Of a DNA stretch of 64,000 nt, positions 36,581-44,982 are shown piece by piece. A model generated the notes under the pieces. It was not told where the DNA came from. It was given only the letters and a program-made list of their open reading frames with translations, and made no database searches. This stretch comes from Bacteroidales bacterium UBA1216 (GTDB lineage Bacteria; Bacteroidota; Bacteroidia; Bacteroidales; Paludibacteraceae): the NCBI GenBank assembly GCA_002309255.1, contig DBXI01000076.1, forward strand, positions 30,946-94,945. Direction: 5' to 3'. Both the position numbers and the translations under genes were made by a program. Each line of letters starts with the position of its first letter. Position 1 is the first letter of the stretch.

Positions 36581-36613
36581 AATGTGAAAGGTGAAAATTG
36601 AAAGATAAAAGGA
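36579..36613 (+). repeat. heptad array GAAATGT|GAAAGGT|GAAAATT|GAAAGAT|AAAAGGA in the greA leader
   Basis: Read directly. It starts inside the stop codon of the 54-aa ORF. Confidence 0.9.
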
Positions 36614-36644
36614 GATGTAGGAAGAAAATAAATAAAATAAATAT

Positions 36645-37115
36645 ATGGCAACAACTTACATGACTGCAGAAGGTCTGCAAAAACTAAAAGAAGAGCTGTC
36701 GTTCCTCGAGAGCGTAGAACGCCCACGAGTGATTGCGGCAATCGCTGAGGCACGCGACAAGGGCGACCTGAGTGAGAATGCCGAGTACGACGCTGCGAAA
36801 GAAGAACAAGGACATCTGGAAACACGCATTGCTATCCTCAAAAGCAAGATCGTAGATGCACGAATTATTGATGAGAGCTCTATCAACACCGATGAGGTGC
36901 AGATTCTCACACGCGTGCGAGTACGTAATAAGAGGAATAATGCTGAAAAAGTGTACCAGATCGTAACCGAGGGAGAGGCAAACATCGCTGAGGGCAAGAT
37001 TGCGTCCACCACACCTATTGCCAAAGGTTTGTTGGGCAAGAGAGTGGGCGAGGTGGCACAAGTGAGCGTGCCGGCCGGCATACTTGAGTTGGAAGTGATG
37101 GAGATAAGCCTCTAA
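36645..37115 (+). CDS. greA: transcription elongation factor GreA
   Basis: YMTAEGLQKLKEEL...ARDKGDLSENAEYDAAKEEQ is the GreA signature. Confidence 0.95.
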   Translation: MATTYMTAEGLQKLKEELSFLESVERPRVIAAIAEARDKGDLSENAEYDAAKEEQGHLETRIAILKSKIVDARIIDESSINTDEVQILTRVRVRNKRNNAEKVYQIVTEGEANIAEGKIASTTPIAKGLLGKRVGEVAQVSVPAGILELEVMEISL

Positions 37116-37148
37116 GAATAGAAAGTTGAAAACTGAAAATTGAAAGAT
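37114..37148 (+). repeat. heptad array AAGAATA|GAAAGTT|GAAAACT|GAAAATT|GAAAGAT
   Basis: Runs from the greA stop codon to 1 nt before the HIT gene ATG. Confidence 0.9.
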
Positions 37149-37149
37149 T

Positions 37150-37557
37150 ATGACGATTTTCACAAAGATCATCAACGGCGAGATCCCAAGCTTCAAGGTA
37201 GCAGAAAACGAGCATTGCTATGCTTTCCTTGACATCAATCCGCTTGTAAAAGGACACACCTTAGTTATTCCCAAGCTCCCCGAACCCGAGGCTGATTACA
37301 TCTTCGACCTTGATGACGATACCTATGCGCATCTTATGGCGTTTGCCAAGCAGGTAGCTGTCGGTATCAAGCAAGCTACGGGATGCAAGCGCGTAGGTGT
37401 AGCCGTACTCGGGATGGAAGTAAATCATGTGCATATTCATCTCGTGCCGATGAACTCGGAAAAAGATATGTTGTTTACCAATCCCAAGCTCCAGCTCCCC
37501 GCTGAGGAAATGGCGCAGATAGCGAACTCCATCGCGCAGGCTATTGACCCGGTGTGA
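37150..37557 (+). CDS. HIT family (histidine triad) protein
   Basis: IFTKIINGEIPS... and HVHIHLVP histidine triad. Confidence 0.92.
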   Translation: MTIFTKIINGEIPSFKVAENEHCYAFLDINPLVKGHTLVIPKLPEPEADYIFDLDDDTYAHLMAFAKQVAVGIKQATGCKRVGVAVLGMEVNHVHIHLVPMNSEKDMLFTNPKLQLPAEEMAQIANSIAQAIDPV

Positions 37558-37583
37558 TAGTTGAATATTGAAAATTGAAAGTT
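37556..37583 (+). repeat. heptad array GATAGTT|GAATATT|GAAAATT|GAAAGTT
   Basis: Starts within the HIT stop codon. Lies in the mreB leader. Confidence 0.9.
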
Positions 37584-37623
37584 CTTAGCCCTAACGGGCA
37601 CGATTATTTGAAAGGAATTTATT

Positions 37624-38643
37624 ATGGCTTTTTTATCCTTTACGCAAGAGATTGCAATAGACCTTGGAACCGCTAATACCCTCATCATGTATGAGGATCA
37701 GATAGTAGTTAACGAGCCCAGTGTGGTAGCCATTTCGGTGGCGGATAACAAGTGTCTGGCCGTAGGCCGCAAAGCACAACAGATGATAGGTCGCGGCAGT
37801 CAGCAGATACGCACCGTACGTCCGCTCAAGGAAGGTGTGATTGCCGACTTCCAGGCTTGTGAGATGATGATCCGCGGACTGATCAAGATGATTCCGCAGA
37901 AGAATCGTCTGTTCACTCCTGCCATCCGCATGGTGGTTGGTATACCTTCGGGTTGCACCGAGGTGGAGATCCGTGCTGTGCGCGACAGTTGCGAACACGC
38001 GGGCGGACGTGAGATCTACATGTTGTACGAACCGATGGCTGCGGCTATTGGTATCGGCGTGGATGTAGAGGCTCCGCGTGGCTGCATGATCGTGGATATA
38101 GGTGGTGGCACAACGGAGATTGCTGTGATCTCACTCGGCGGAATCGTTGCCAACAAGTCCATCAAGACTGCCGGTGACGACTTCAACCGTGACATCATTG
38201 ACTTCATGAGCCGCATGCACAATATGCGTATCGACGAGCCGACAGCCGAGCGTATCAAGATAGCCGTAGGTGCAGCACTGCCCGAGTTGGAGGATGCTCC
38301 GGAGGATTATATGGTAACTGGCCCGAATAAGGTGACCGCTCTGCCGATGAAAGTGATGGTAAGCTATCAGGAGATTGCCCACTGCCTGGAGAAATCAATC
38401 TCGCGTATCGAGCAGGCAGTGTTGGCTGCCCTGGAGTCCACACCGTCAGAACTTTATGCCGACATTGTTGAGAGTGGTATCTTCCTTGCCGGCGGTGGTG
38501 CCCAACTGCACGGATTGGCTAAGCGTCTGCAGGATAAGATAACGATTCCCTTCCATGTTGCGGAAGATCCGCTGTTGTCCGTTGCTCGCGGTGCTGGAAT
38601 CGCTCTGAAGAACTACGACAAGTTCGGCTTCCTGATTCGCTAA
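37624..38643 (+). CDS. mreB: rod shape-determining protein MreB
   Basis: IAIDLGTANTLI, DIGGGTTEIAVISLGG, actin-like ATPase, 339 aa. Confidence 0.95.
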   Translation: MAFLSFTQEIAIDLGTANTLIMYEDQIVVNEPSVVAISVADNKCLAVGRKAQQMIGRGSQQIRTVRPLKEGVIADFQACEMMIRGLIKMIPQKNRLFTPAIRMVVGIPSGCTEVEIRAVRDSCEHAGGREIYMLYEPMAAAIGIGVDVEAPRGCMIVDIGGGTTEIAVISLGGIVANKSIKTAGDDFNRDIIDFMSRMHNMRIDEPTAERIKIAVGAALPELEDAPEDYMVTGPNKVTALPMKVMVSYQEIAHCLEKSISRIEQAVLAALESTPSELYADIVESGIFLAGGGAQLHGLAKRLQDKITIPFHVAEDPLLSVARGAGIALKNYDKFGFLIR

Positions 38644-38684
38644 TATAGCATATAGAGCCTGCCACGTTGTAACAACAGACACTT

Positions 38685-39560
38685 ATGCGTAACCTGCTAC
38701 AACTGATAGTACGCTACAGCAACTTCCTGCTCCTGCTGGGGCTGGAGGTTGTTGCGTTTATCTTTGTTGTACGCGGAAATAGATACCAGCAGGTGGCAGC
38801 TTCCGGCGCAGCCAATGCTGTAACGGGTAGCATACAACTCATGCAGGACAATGTGAACTCCTACTTCCGTCTGCGCGCCGACAATGCGCAACTCCTTGAG
38901 GAAAATGCAAAGCTCAATGCCGAGATAATGCACTTGCTCAACATGCAGGAAAACGACACCAATGTTTGTCGAGCCGTTTACGAGTCATCTACGAGCCGTT
39001 TTCGAAGCAATAGCGAAGGACAAGGCGCATATGTATCCTCCGATTTGGACTATACATTCATACCGGCACATGTCATTGCTTATAGCAACGACCGACATCA
39101 CAACTACCTCACCCTTAATAAAGGCAGCCGCGACGGCATAACGCCCGACATGGGAGTGATTGGCAAGGATGGAATTGTCGGTGTGGTTCAGACGGTTAGT
39201 ACGCACTTTTCCGTCGTGGCACCGGTGATACATGAGGGAATATATATATCCTCGATGATCAGCAAGAACAACTATGTGGCAACATTGCACTGGCACGTAC
39301 CTGATATCCGCCATGCTGAACTTGAGGATGTGGCGCGACACGTAAATGTTGCGGTTGGTGACACAATTGTTACAAGTGGCCTAAGTGCGATCTTCCCCGC
39401 CAATATGCCGGTAGGCGTAGTGTCTAAATTGTCGCTGGGCGAAGGTGATTCGTATTACGATATTGATGTGCAGCTTGCAACCGACTTCCACAGCCTGCGC
39501 ACAGTGCATATCTTGCAGTTCGCGCACCGCAATGAACTGGACTCCATTGCAAACCGATAG
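38685..39560 (+). CDS. mreC: rod shape-determining protein MreC
   Basis: N-terminal TM, coiled coil, beta-rich C-domain (VVTSGLSAIFPANMPVG). Follows mreB. Confidence 0.85.
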   Translation: MRNLLQLIVRYSNFLLLLGLEVVAFIFVVRGNRYQQVAASGAANAVTGSIQLMQDNVNSYFRLRADNAQLLEENAKLNAEIMHLLNMQENDTNVCRAVYESSTSRFRSNSEGQGAYVSSDLDYTFIPAHVIAYSNDRHHNYLTLNKGSRDGITPDMGVIGKDGIVGVVQTVSTHFSVVAPVIHEGIYISSMISKNNYVATLHWHVPDIRHAELEDVARHVNVAVGDTIVTSGLSAIFPANMPVGVVSKLSLGEGDSYYDIDVQLATDFHSLRTVHILQFAHRNELDSIANR

Positions 39561-39586
39561 CGTACAGCACAACAAAGAGAAAGGAA

Positions 39587-40087
39587 ATGGCTCAGTGGTT
39601 TAAGTACATAGGGATTTTACTGTTACTCCTGTTCATGCAGGTGTTCCTGCTGGATAATTTACACTGGCTGGGGTTGGTGCATCCTTATGTCTATCTGTGG
39701 GCTATCCTGCTCCTGCCGATGGAGTTGCCGCGCTGGATGCAGATGCTCTTAGGTGCTACCATCGGAATGTTGATAGACTGGTTCACACACTCACCCGGCA
39801 TACACATGGCCGGTTGTGTGATGATTGCATTCCTCAGACCGCAACTTGTGGCAAACTATGTGCAGGATGTTGATCGCCTGAAGGGGGCTATCACCATCAA
39901 TGTGCTGGGGTTGGGTAACTATCTGCGCCTGCTGGCCATTCTGATTGTGGTACATCATTCGATTGTATTCATGCTGGAGGCGTTCACGTTTTATCATCTG
40001 GGTTACACCTTACTGCAGATCCTGTTGAGCGGAGTATTCAGCTTTGCGTTCATCCTGATGCTTGAATACGTACGGAAGAATACTTGA
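39587..40087 (+). CDS. mreD: rod shape-determining protein MreD
   Basis: 166-aa polytopic membrane protein between mreC and mrdA. Confidence 0.75.
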   Translation: MAQWFKYIGILLLLLFMQVFLLDNLHWLGLVHPYVYLWAILLLPMELPRWMQMLLGATIGMLIDWFTHSPGIHMAGCVMIAFLRPQLVANYVQDVDRLKGAITINVLGLGNYLRLLAILIVVHHSIVFMLEAFTFYHLGYTLLQILLSGVFSFAFILMLEYVRKNT

Positions 40088-40126
40088 CCGTATAGATGCT
40101 TGTCTTTCTGTTAATTGCCTGTGATC

Positions 40127-41968
40127 ATGACTAACGATCCGCACAGCCGAAGATCAATTATCATCATGGGATCCGTGGTGCTTGTTGTGCTGGTGTTTAT
40201 CAGCCGACTGTTCTGGTTGCAGGTCATTGACCAATCGCAGAAAGCCAAGGCAGACAGCAATGCACTGCTTCGACAAGTTATTTATCCTTCGCGCGGATTG
40301 ATATACGATCGTAATGGCGAACTGCTTGTATTCAATCAACCTATCTACGAGGTCACCCTTATTTTCCAAGAGATGCGCCACGGCTTTGACACGATTGCGT
40401 TCTGCCAGTGTCTGGGTATAGACAGCCTGGAATTCGAGCAACGCATCAGCGCTATCCGCGACCGCAAGCGCAACCGCGGTTTCTCGACCTATACGCCGCA
40501 GATCTTCATGGCTCAACTCAGCAAGCAGGATGTGGCATCGCTTCGTGAGGTGTCGTACAAGTTTCCCGGCGTAGGTATCCGCAAGCGCACGCTCCGCGGT
40601 TACACATATCCTTATGCCGCGCATATCTTAGGATCGGTGGGGGAGGTGTCGCAGGCAGACATTGATCGAGACAAGTATTACCAGGCGGGCGATTATTCCG
40701 GTCGCGACGGCTTGGAGCGTACCTATGAGCAGCGCTTGCGTGGCGAGAAAGGTGTGGAGGTAATCATGCGCGATTCGCGCGGACGCATTCAGGGGTCCTA
40801 CCATGACGGCGCGGAGGATGTAGATGCCATCACAGGTACCGATCTGCATTTGTCGCTCGACATACGCCTGCAGCAGTTAGCAGAAGAGTGTCTGCATGGC
40901 AAAGTAGGCAGTGTAGTGGCACTTGAACCTGCCACCGGCGAGATCCTTGCCCTGGCATCTTCGCCGACCTGGAATCCGGAGATACTGGTGGGCAAGCAAC
41001 GTTCCACGCAGTACAATATTCTGCTCAACGACCCCACCAAGCCGCTCTTCAACCGCGCCACACAAGCCACCTACCCGCCTGGATCAACGTTCAAAACGAT
41101 TCAGTCCGTTGTGTGCCTGCAAGAAGGGGGGATCACACCGCGCACGACCTATCCTTGCTCGGGTCCCGGATCTTCGCCTATCAAGTGCACACACCACCAT
41201 GGTTCACCGGTTAGTCTGCTTAACGCCATAGAGCAAAGTTGCAACCCCTACTTCTGGTGTGCGTTCCGCGACATGCTTCAGAAAGAGGGATACGGCGACA
41301 ACAATGCGGTCTTTCGCAAGCGTTTTAACCTTTGGCGCGACGATGTGATGAAGTTCGGATTAGGTCAACGATTTGAGAATACGGATCTTGGCGAACAGTC
41401 AGCTGGAAAGATCCCTCTTGAGCGAGAGTTCAACCGCACGTATGGCGAGAAAGGCTGGAAAGCCATCACCATCCGCTCGCTCAGTATAGGTCAGGGCGAA
41501 ATCCTCGTCACGCCGCTGCAATTGGCAAATCAGGCCGCAACGTTGGCAAACCGCGGCTATTATATCACACCTCATTTGAACACCGAATTGACGAATAGCC
41601 CCGAGCTGCGCCATGAGACAGATATGGATTCTACGTGGTTCAATCTTGTGGCGCAAGGTATGCATCAGGTGATGACCGCCGGTACAGGCCGATGGTACAA
41701 CATCGACTCGCTGCAGATGTGTGGCAAGACTGGTACTGTGCAGAACCCGCATGGCAAGGATCATGCTATCTTCATCGGTTTTGCGCCGATGGATGCACCG
41801 AAGATTGCCGTAGCGGTAGTGGTGGAAAACGCCGGATTTGGCGCTACATGGGCGGCACCGGTTGCTTCGCTGATGATAGAACAGTACCTCACCGACACTA
41901 TCCGCCGCAAGCATATATACAACAAGATGGTTAATGCCGTCCTCGAACACCCAAGCGAACAACAATGA
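40127..41968 (+). CDS. mrdA: penicillin-binding protein 2 (elongasome transpeptidase)
   Basis: PBP dimerisation domain plus transpeptidase motifs STFK (PPGSTFKT), SCN (EQSCNPYF) and KTGT (CGKTGTVQ). The ATG at 40127 is preferred over the TTG at 40115. Confidence 0.9.
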   Translation: MTNDPHSRRSIIIMGSVVLVVLVFISRLFWLQVIDQSQKAKADSNALLRQVIYPSRGLIYDRNGELLVFNQPIYEVTLIFQEMRHGFDTIAFCQCLGIDSLEFEQRISAIRDRKRNRGFSTYTPQIFMAQLSKQDVASLREVSYKFPGVGIRKRTLRGYTYPYAAHILGSVGEVSQADIDRDKYYQAGDYSGRDGLERTYEQRLRGEKGVEVIMRDSRGRIQGSYHDGAEDVDAITGTDLHLSLDIRLQQLAEECLHGKVGSVVALEPATGEILALASSPTWNPEILVGKQRSTQYNILLNDPTKPLFNRATQATYPPGSTFKTIQSVVCLQEGGITPRTTYPCSGPGSSPIKCTHHHGSPVSLLNAIEQSCNPYFWCAFRDMLQKEGYGDNNAVFRKRFNLWRDDVMKFGLGQRFENTDLGEQSAGKIPLEREFNRTYGEKGWKAITIRSLSIGQGEILVTPLQLANQAATLANRGYYITPHLNTELTNSPELRHETDMDSTWFNLVAQGMHQVMTAGTGRWYNIDSLQMCGKTGTVQNPHGKDHAIFIGFAPMDAPKIAVAVVVENAGFGATWAAPVASLMIEQYLTDTIRRKHIYNKMVNAVLEHPSEQQ

Positions 41969-43419
41969 CCAGAAACAGTATTATATCCGGTATAGATTGG
42001 TGGACGATAGCCCTCTTTCTTGTTATTGCCCTATTCGGCTGGCTGAACGTGTATGGTGCCAGTTACACCTTTGATCAGACTTCGCCGTTCGACCTGAGTA
42101 ACCGCGCCGGCAAGCAGTTCTTGTGGTTCGGAATAGCATGCGTGCTGGGGCTCGCTGTGCTGTTCATAGAGGGACGAACGCATGAGGTTATTGCGTATCT
42201 ACTGTATGCGTTCTGGATAGTGGTGCTGCTTATTACGCCTTTCTTGGCGCATGACACCAAGGGATCAATGTCTTGGATTGATCTTGGGCCGCTTAAGTTC
42301 CAGCCTGCGGAGTTGGCTAAGATGATCACCGCCTTGGCTTTAGCTAAGTACATGGGGCGTTTTGATTATCGTGTGCGCTCATGGCGCGACTTGGTGGTTC
42401 CGTTTGTGCTGCTGGCTTTGCCTGCGGGAATCATCATGATCTGGCAGAGCGAAACAGGTTCAGCACTGGTGTTTGCTTCGTTCCTGATCATGTTCTACCG
42501 CTTCGGAATGTCAGGGTATGTGCTGACAGGTGGATTGTCGTTTGCGCTACTGTTCATCCTATCTATACGTTTCGGCGAGGTACCTTTGCCATGGGGCTCG
42601 GGTAGTGTGGGCGTGCTGTTGTGCTATTTGGTACTTCTGGCAGTGATCGTGGGATTCATGTTACTACATGAGCGGGATTTGAAGAGCACACTTATCCTTT
42701 GCTGTGTTGTTATTTTGGCCTATGCAGCAGGGCTGATTGTTAATATATGGTGGACTGTGAATTTCAACCTTGTTTCTCTCATCGCCCTGGTGCTTATCCT
42801 TCTGTACTTCACGGGAGTTGTACTCTACCGCCGCCGTTTTATCATGTTACTTGTAACAGGATACACGGTGCTTGCGTTGCTGTTCTGCGAGGCATGTACG
42901 ATTGTGTTCAACAAGGTGCTGCAGCCCCACCAACGCACGCGTATAGAGGTGCTGCTTGGCCTGAAGGATGATCCTGCAGGTGCCGGCTATAACGTCAATC
43001 AGTCACTCATAGCTATCGGTTCGGGACAGTTCACCGGAAAGGGTTTCTTGAAGGGAACACAAACCAAGCTTCGCTTTGTGCCTGAGCAGGACACTGACTT
43101 CATCTTCTGTACCGTAGGCGAAGAGTGGGGCTTCTTGGGGTCAGCAGGTTTACTAATTGTGTATCTGATCTTTATCTTGCGACTGATTTATATAGCAGAA
43201 CGTCAGCGCGACAACTACTCACGAATCTATGCTTATTGTGTGGCGGGTATCTTCTTCTTCCATTTGACGATTAATGTGGGGATGGTGCTTGGTTTGTTGC
43301 CCGTGATAGGTATTCCACTGCCGTTCTTCAGTTACGGCGGTTCATCGATGATCAGTTTCACGCTGTTGCTGGCAATTCTTCTCCGTTTGGATGCCGAACG
43401 ACTCAGCAAGTGGCAGTAG
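41965..43419 (+). CDS. rodA: SEDS peptidoglycan glycosyltransferase RodA
   Basis: FtsW/RodA/SpoVE motifs (PAELAKM, EQDTDFIF, PLPFFSYGGSSM). Follows mrdA with a 4-nt overlap. Confidence 0.88.
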   Translation: MTRNSIISGIDWWTIALFLVIALFGWLNVYGASYTFDQTSPFDLSNRAGKQFLWFGIACVLGLAVLFIEGRTHEVIAYLLYAFWIVVLLITPFLAHDTKGSMSWIDLGPLKFQPAELAKMITALALAKYMGRFDYRVRSWRDLVVPFVLLALPAGIIMIWQSETGSALVFASFLIMFYRFGMSGYVLTGGLSFALLFILSIRFGEVPLPWGSGSVGVLLCYLVLLAVIVGFMLLHERDLKSTLILCCVVILAYAAGLIVNIWWTVNFNLVSLIALVLILLYFTGVVLYRRRFIMLLVTGYTVLALLFCEACTIVFNKVLQPHQRTRIEVLLGLKDDPAGAGYNVNQSLIAIGSGQFTGKGFLKGTQTKLRFVPEQDTDFIFCTVGEEWGFLGSAGLLIVYLIFILRLIYIAERQRDNYSRIYAYCVAGIFFFHLTINVGMVLGLLPVIGIPLPFFSYGGSSMISFTLLLAILLRLDAERLSKWQ

Positions 43420-43434
43420 CAAAAAGTGGAGTTA

Positions 43435-43489
43435 CTCTCGATGATGTCTCGATGAAGTCTCGATATTGTCTCGACAAAGTCGGACAAAA
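43435..43489 (-). repeat. 5 x 11-bp phased array, same TCGAGAC core family as 16598-16696 but in inverted orientation
   Basis: Plus strand reads ctctcgatgat|gtctcgatgaa|gtctcgatatt|gtctcgacaaa|gtcggacaaaa. Unit starts are at 43435, 43446, 43457, 43468 and 43479. The reverse complement gives TCGAGAC cores. Confidence 0.95.
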
Positions 43490-43517
43490 ATACGGGTATT
43501 ATGTAAAATAGCCTATT

Positions 43518-44249
43518 ATGGCAACAATAAATCAAAGTGACATATTTCAGCGCACAGAACTGCTGATAGGCGAGTCAGGCATGGCTCGCGTGGCAACTGT
43601 TCGCGTTATCTTGTTCGGCGTGGGCGGCGTAGGCTCGTGGTGCGCCGAGACACTCGTTCGCTCGGGCATAAGGCATCTAACAATGGTGGATAGCGATGAG
43701 GTAGTACCATCTAACATCAATCGCCAGCTCATGGCTACCACCGCTACTATCGGTCGACCTAAGGTGGAAGTGATGCGCGAACGGCTGCTGCTGATCAATC
43801 CCGAGGCCGACATCACTGCAATCGCCACGCGCTACAATGCGGATACGGCGGATAGTTTCTGCCTCGCGGATTATGACTATGTGGTCGATGCTATCGACTC
43901 GTTCAATGATAAAGCGTTGCTCATTAATACGGTAACCCGTCTTCCGAACGTGCAACTCTATTCAAGTATGGGCGCTGCGCGCAAACTTGATCCCACGCGC
44001 ATTCGTATAGCCGAGTTCAACAAGGTGCAGGGGGATCCTCTGGCGCGCACTTTGCGCCGCAAGCTCAAGCAAATAGGCGTTTTCCCCGCGCGTAAGTTCA
44101 TGTGCGTATATAGCGATGAGATTTTACCGAACGCTCACGAAACAGATGATCGCGCTAACGGCACCATGGCGCATATAACGGCCGTCTTCGGAAATATGCT
44201 CGCTTCGCTGGTGATTAACAATGCTTTGCATGTATCTTCTGCCGAGTGA
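43518..44249 (+). CDS. tcdA: tRNA threonylcarbamoyladenosine dehydratase (ThiF/E1-like)
   Basis: ILFGVGGVGSW Rossmann motif, DSDEVVPSNINRQ, 243 aa, TcdA/CsdL-like. Confidence 0.82.
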   Translation: MATINQSDIFQRTELLIGESGMARVATVRVILFGVGGVGSWCAETLVRSGIRHLTMVDSDEVVPSNINRQLMATTATIGRPKVEVMRERLLLINPEADITAIATRYNADTADSFCLADYDYVVDAIDSFNDKALLINTVTRLPNVQLYSSMGAARKLDPTRIRIAEFNKVQGDPLARTLRRKLKQIGVFPARKFMCVYSDEILPNAHETDDRANGTMAHITAVFGNMLASLVINNALHVSSAE

Positions 44250-44340
44250 GGGCTGTATTCTCTATCTTTCGTTTTACGAAAAGCAAGCACGTTAAAGAAA
44301 AAAAACGACCGTTCTGCTTGCAAATGTCAAATAATTTTTG

Positions 44341-44348
44341 TACCTTTG
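44341..44348 (+). promoter_or_regulatory. -7 box TACCTTTG for tdk
   Basis: TAnnTTTG match 26 nt upstream of the ATG at 44374. CTTG lies at the -33 position, inside cttgcaaatg. Confidence 0.65.
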
Positions 44349-44373
44349 CATGCATAATAGAAAACTCATATAT

Positions 44374-44967
44374 ATGTTTAGCGAAAGAGACACCCAAGGC
44401 CCAGTGCTTAAGCGAGGCAGCATTGAGGTAGTATGCGGCAGTATGTTTTCCGGTAAGACCGAAGAACTCATCCGTAGGATGAAGCGTGCACAGTTTGCCA
44501 AGCAACGCGTAGAGATTTTCAAGCCTGCTATAGATGTGCGCTATAGTGAGCAGGATGTAGTATCTCATGATCATAACGTCATTCAGTCTACTCCCGTAGA
44601 ATCCAGCCAAACCATTCTGTTGCTGGCAAATGATATTGATGTGGTGGGCATTGACGAAGCGCAGTTCTTCGACATGGGTATAGTGGACGTATGCTCCGAA
44701 CTGGCTCGTCGCGGCATACGTGTCATATGCGCGGGGCTTGACATGGACTTCAAAGGTGTGCCTTTTGGTCCGATGCCTGCTCTGATGGCTATAGCCGAAG
44801 ATGTGTATAAGACGCATGCTATCTGTGTGCGCTGCGGCGACCTGGCATATGTCAGCCACCGACTGGTGGCTAACGAGAAGCGGGTGCTGCTTGGCGAAAC
44901 GGATAGTTATGAACCGCTTTGCCGACGCTGCTACGAACAGGCTACTGCGCAACAGTCTAACGCTTAA
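44374..44967 (+). CDS. tdk: thymidine kinase
   Basis: [15 protein letters not shown]-loop, DEAQFF, C-terminal zinc ribbon (CVRCG...CRRC). The track start at 44338 is a TTG overlapping the promoter, so the ATG at 44374 is preferred. Confidence 0.92.
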   Translation: MFSERDTQGPVLKRGSIEVVCGSMFSGKTEELIRRMKRAQFAKQRVEIFKPAIDVRYSEQDVVSHDHNVIQSTPVESSQTILLLANDIDVVGIDEAQFFDMGIVDVCSELARRGIRVICAGLDMDFKGVPFGPMPALMAIAEDVYKTHAICVRCGDLAYVSHRLVANEKRVLLGETDSYEPLCRRCYEQATAQQSNA

Positions 44968-44982
44968 TATCCCAATCATTCT

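Noticed and set aside
36400-37257. Minus-strand ORFs 36400..36825, 36656..37081, 36684..37196 and 37015..37257
   Set aside because: They are antisense to greA and to the heptad arrays. greA on the plus strand is unambiguous.
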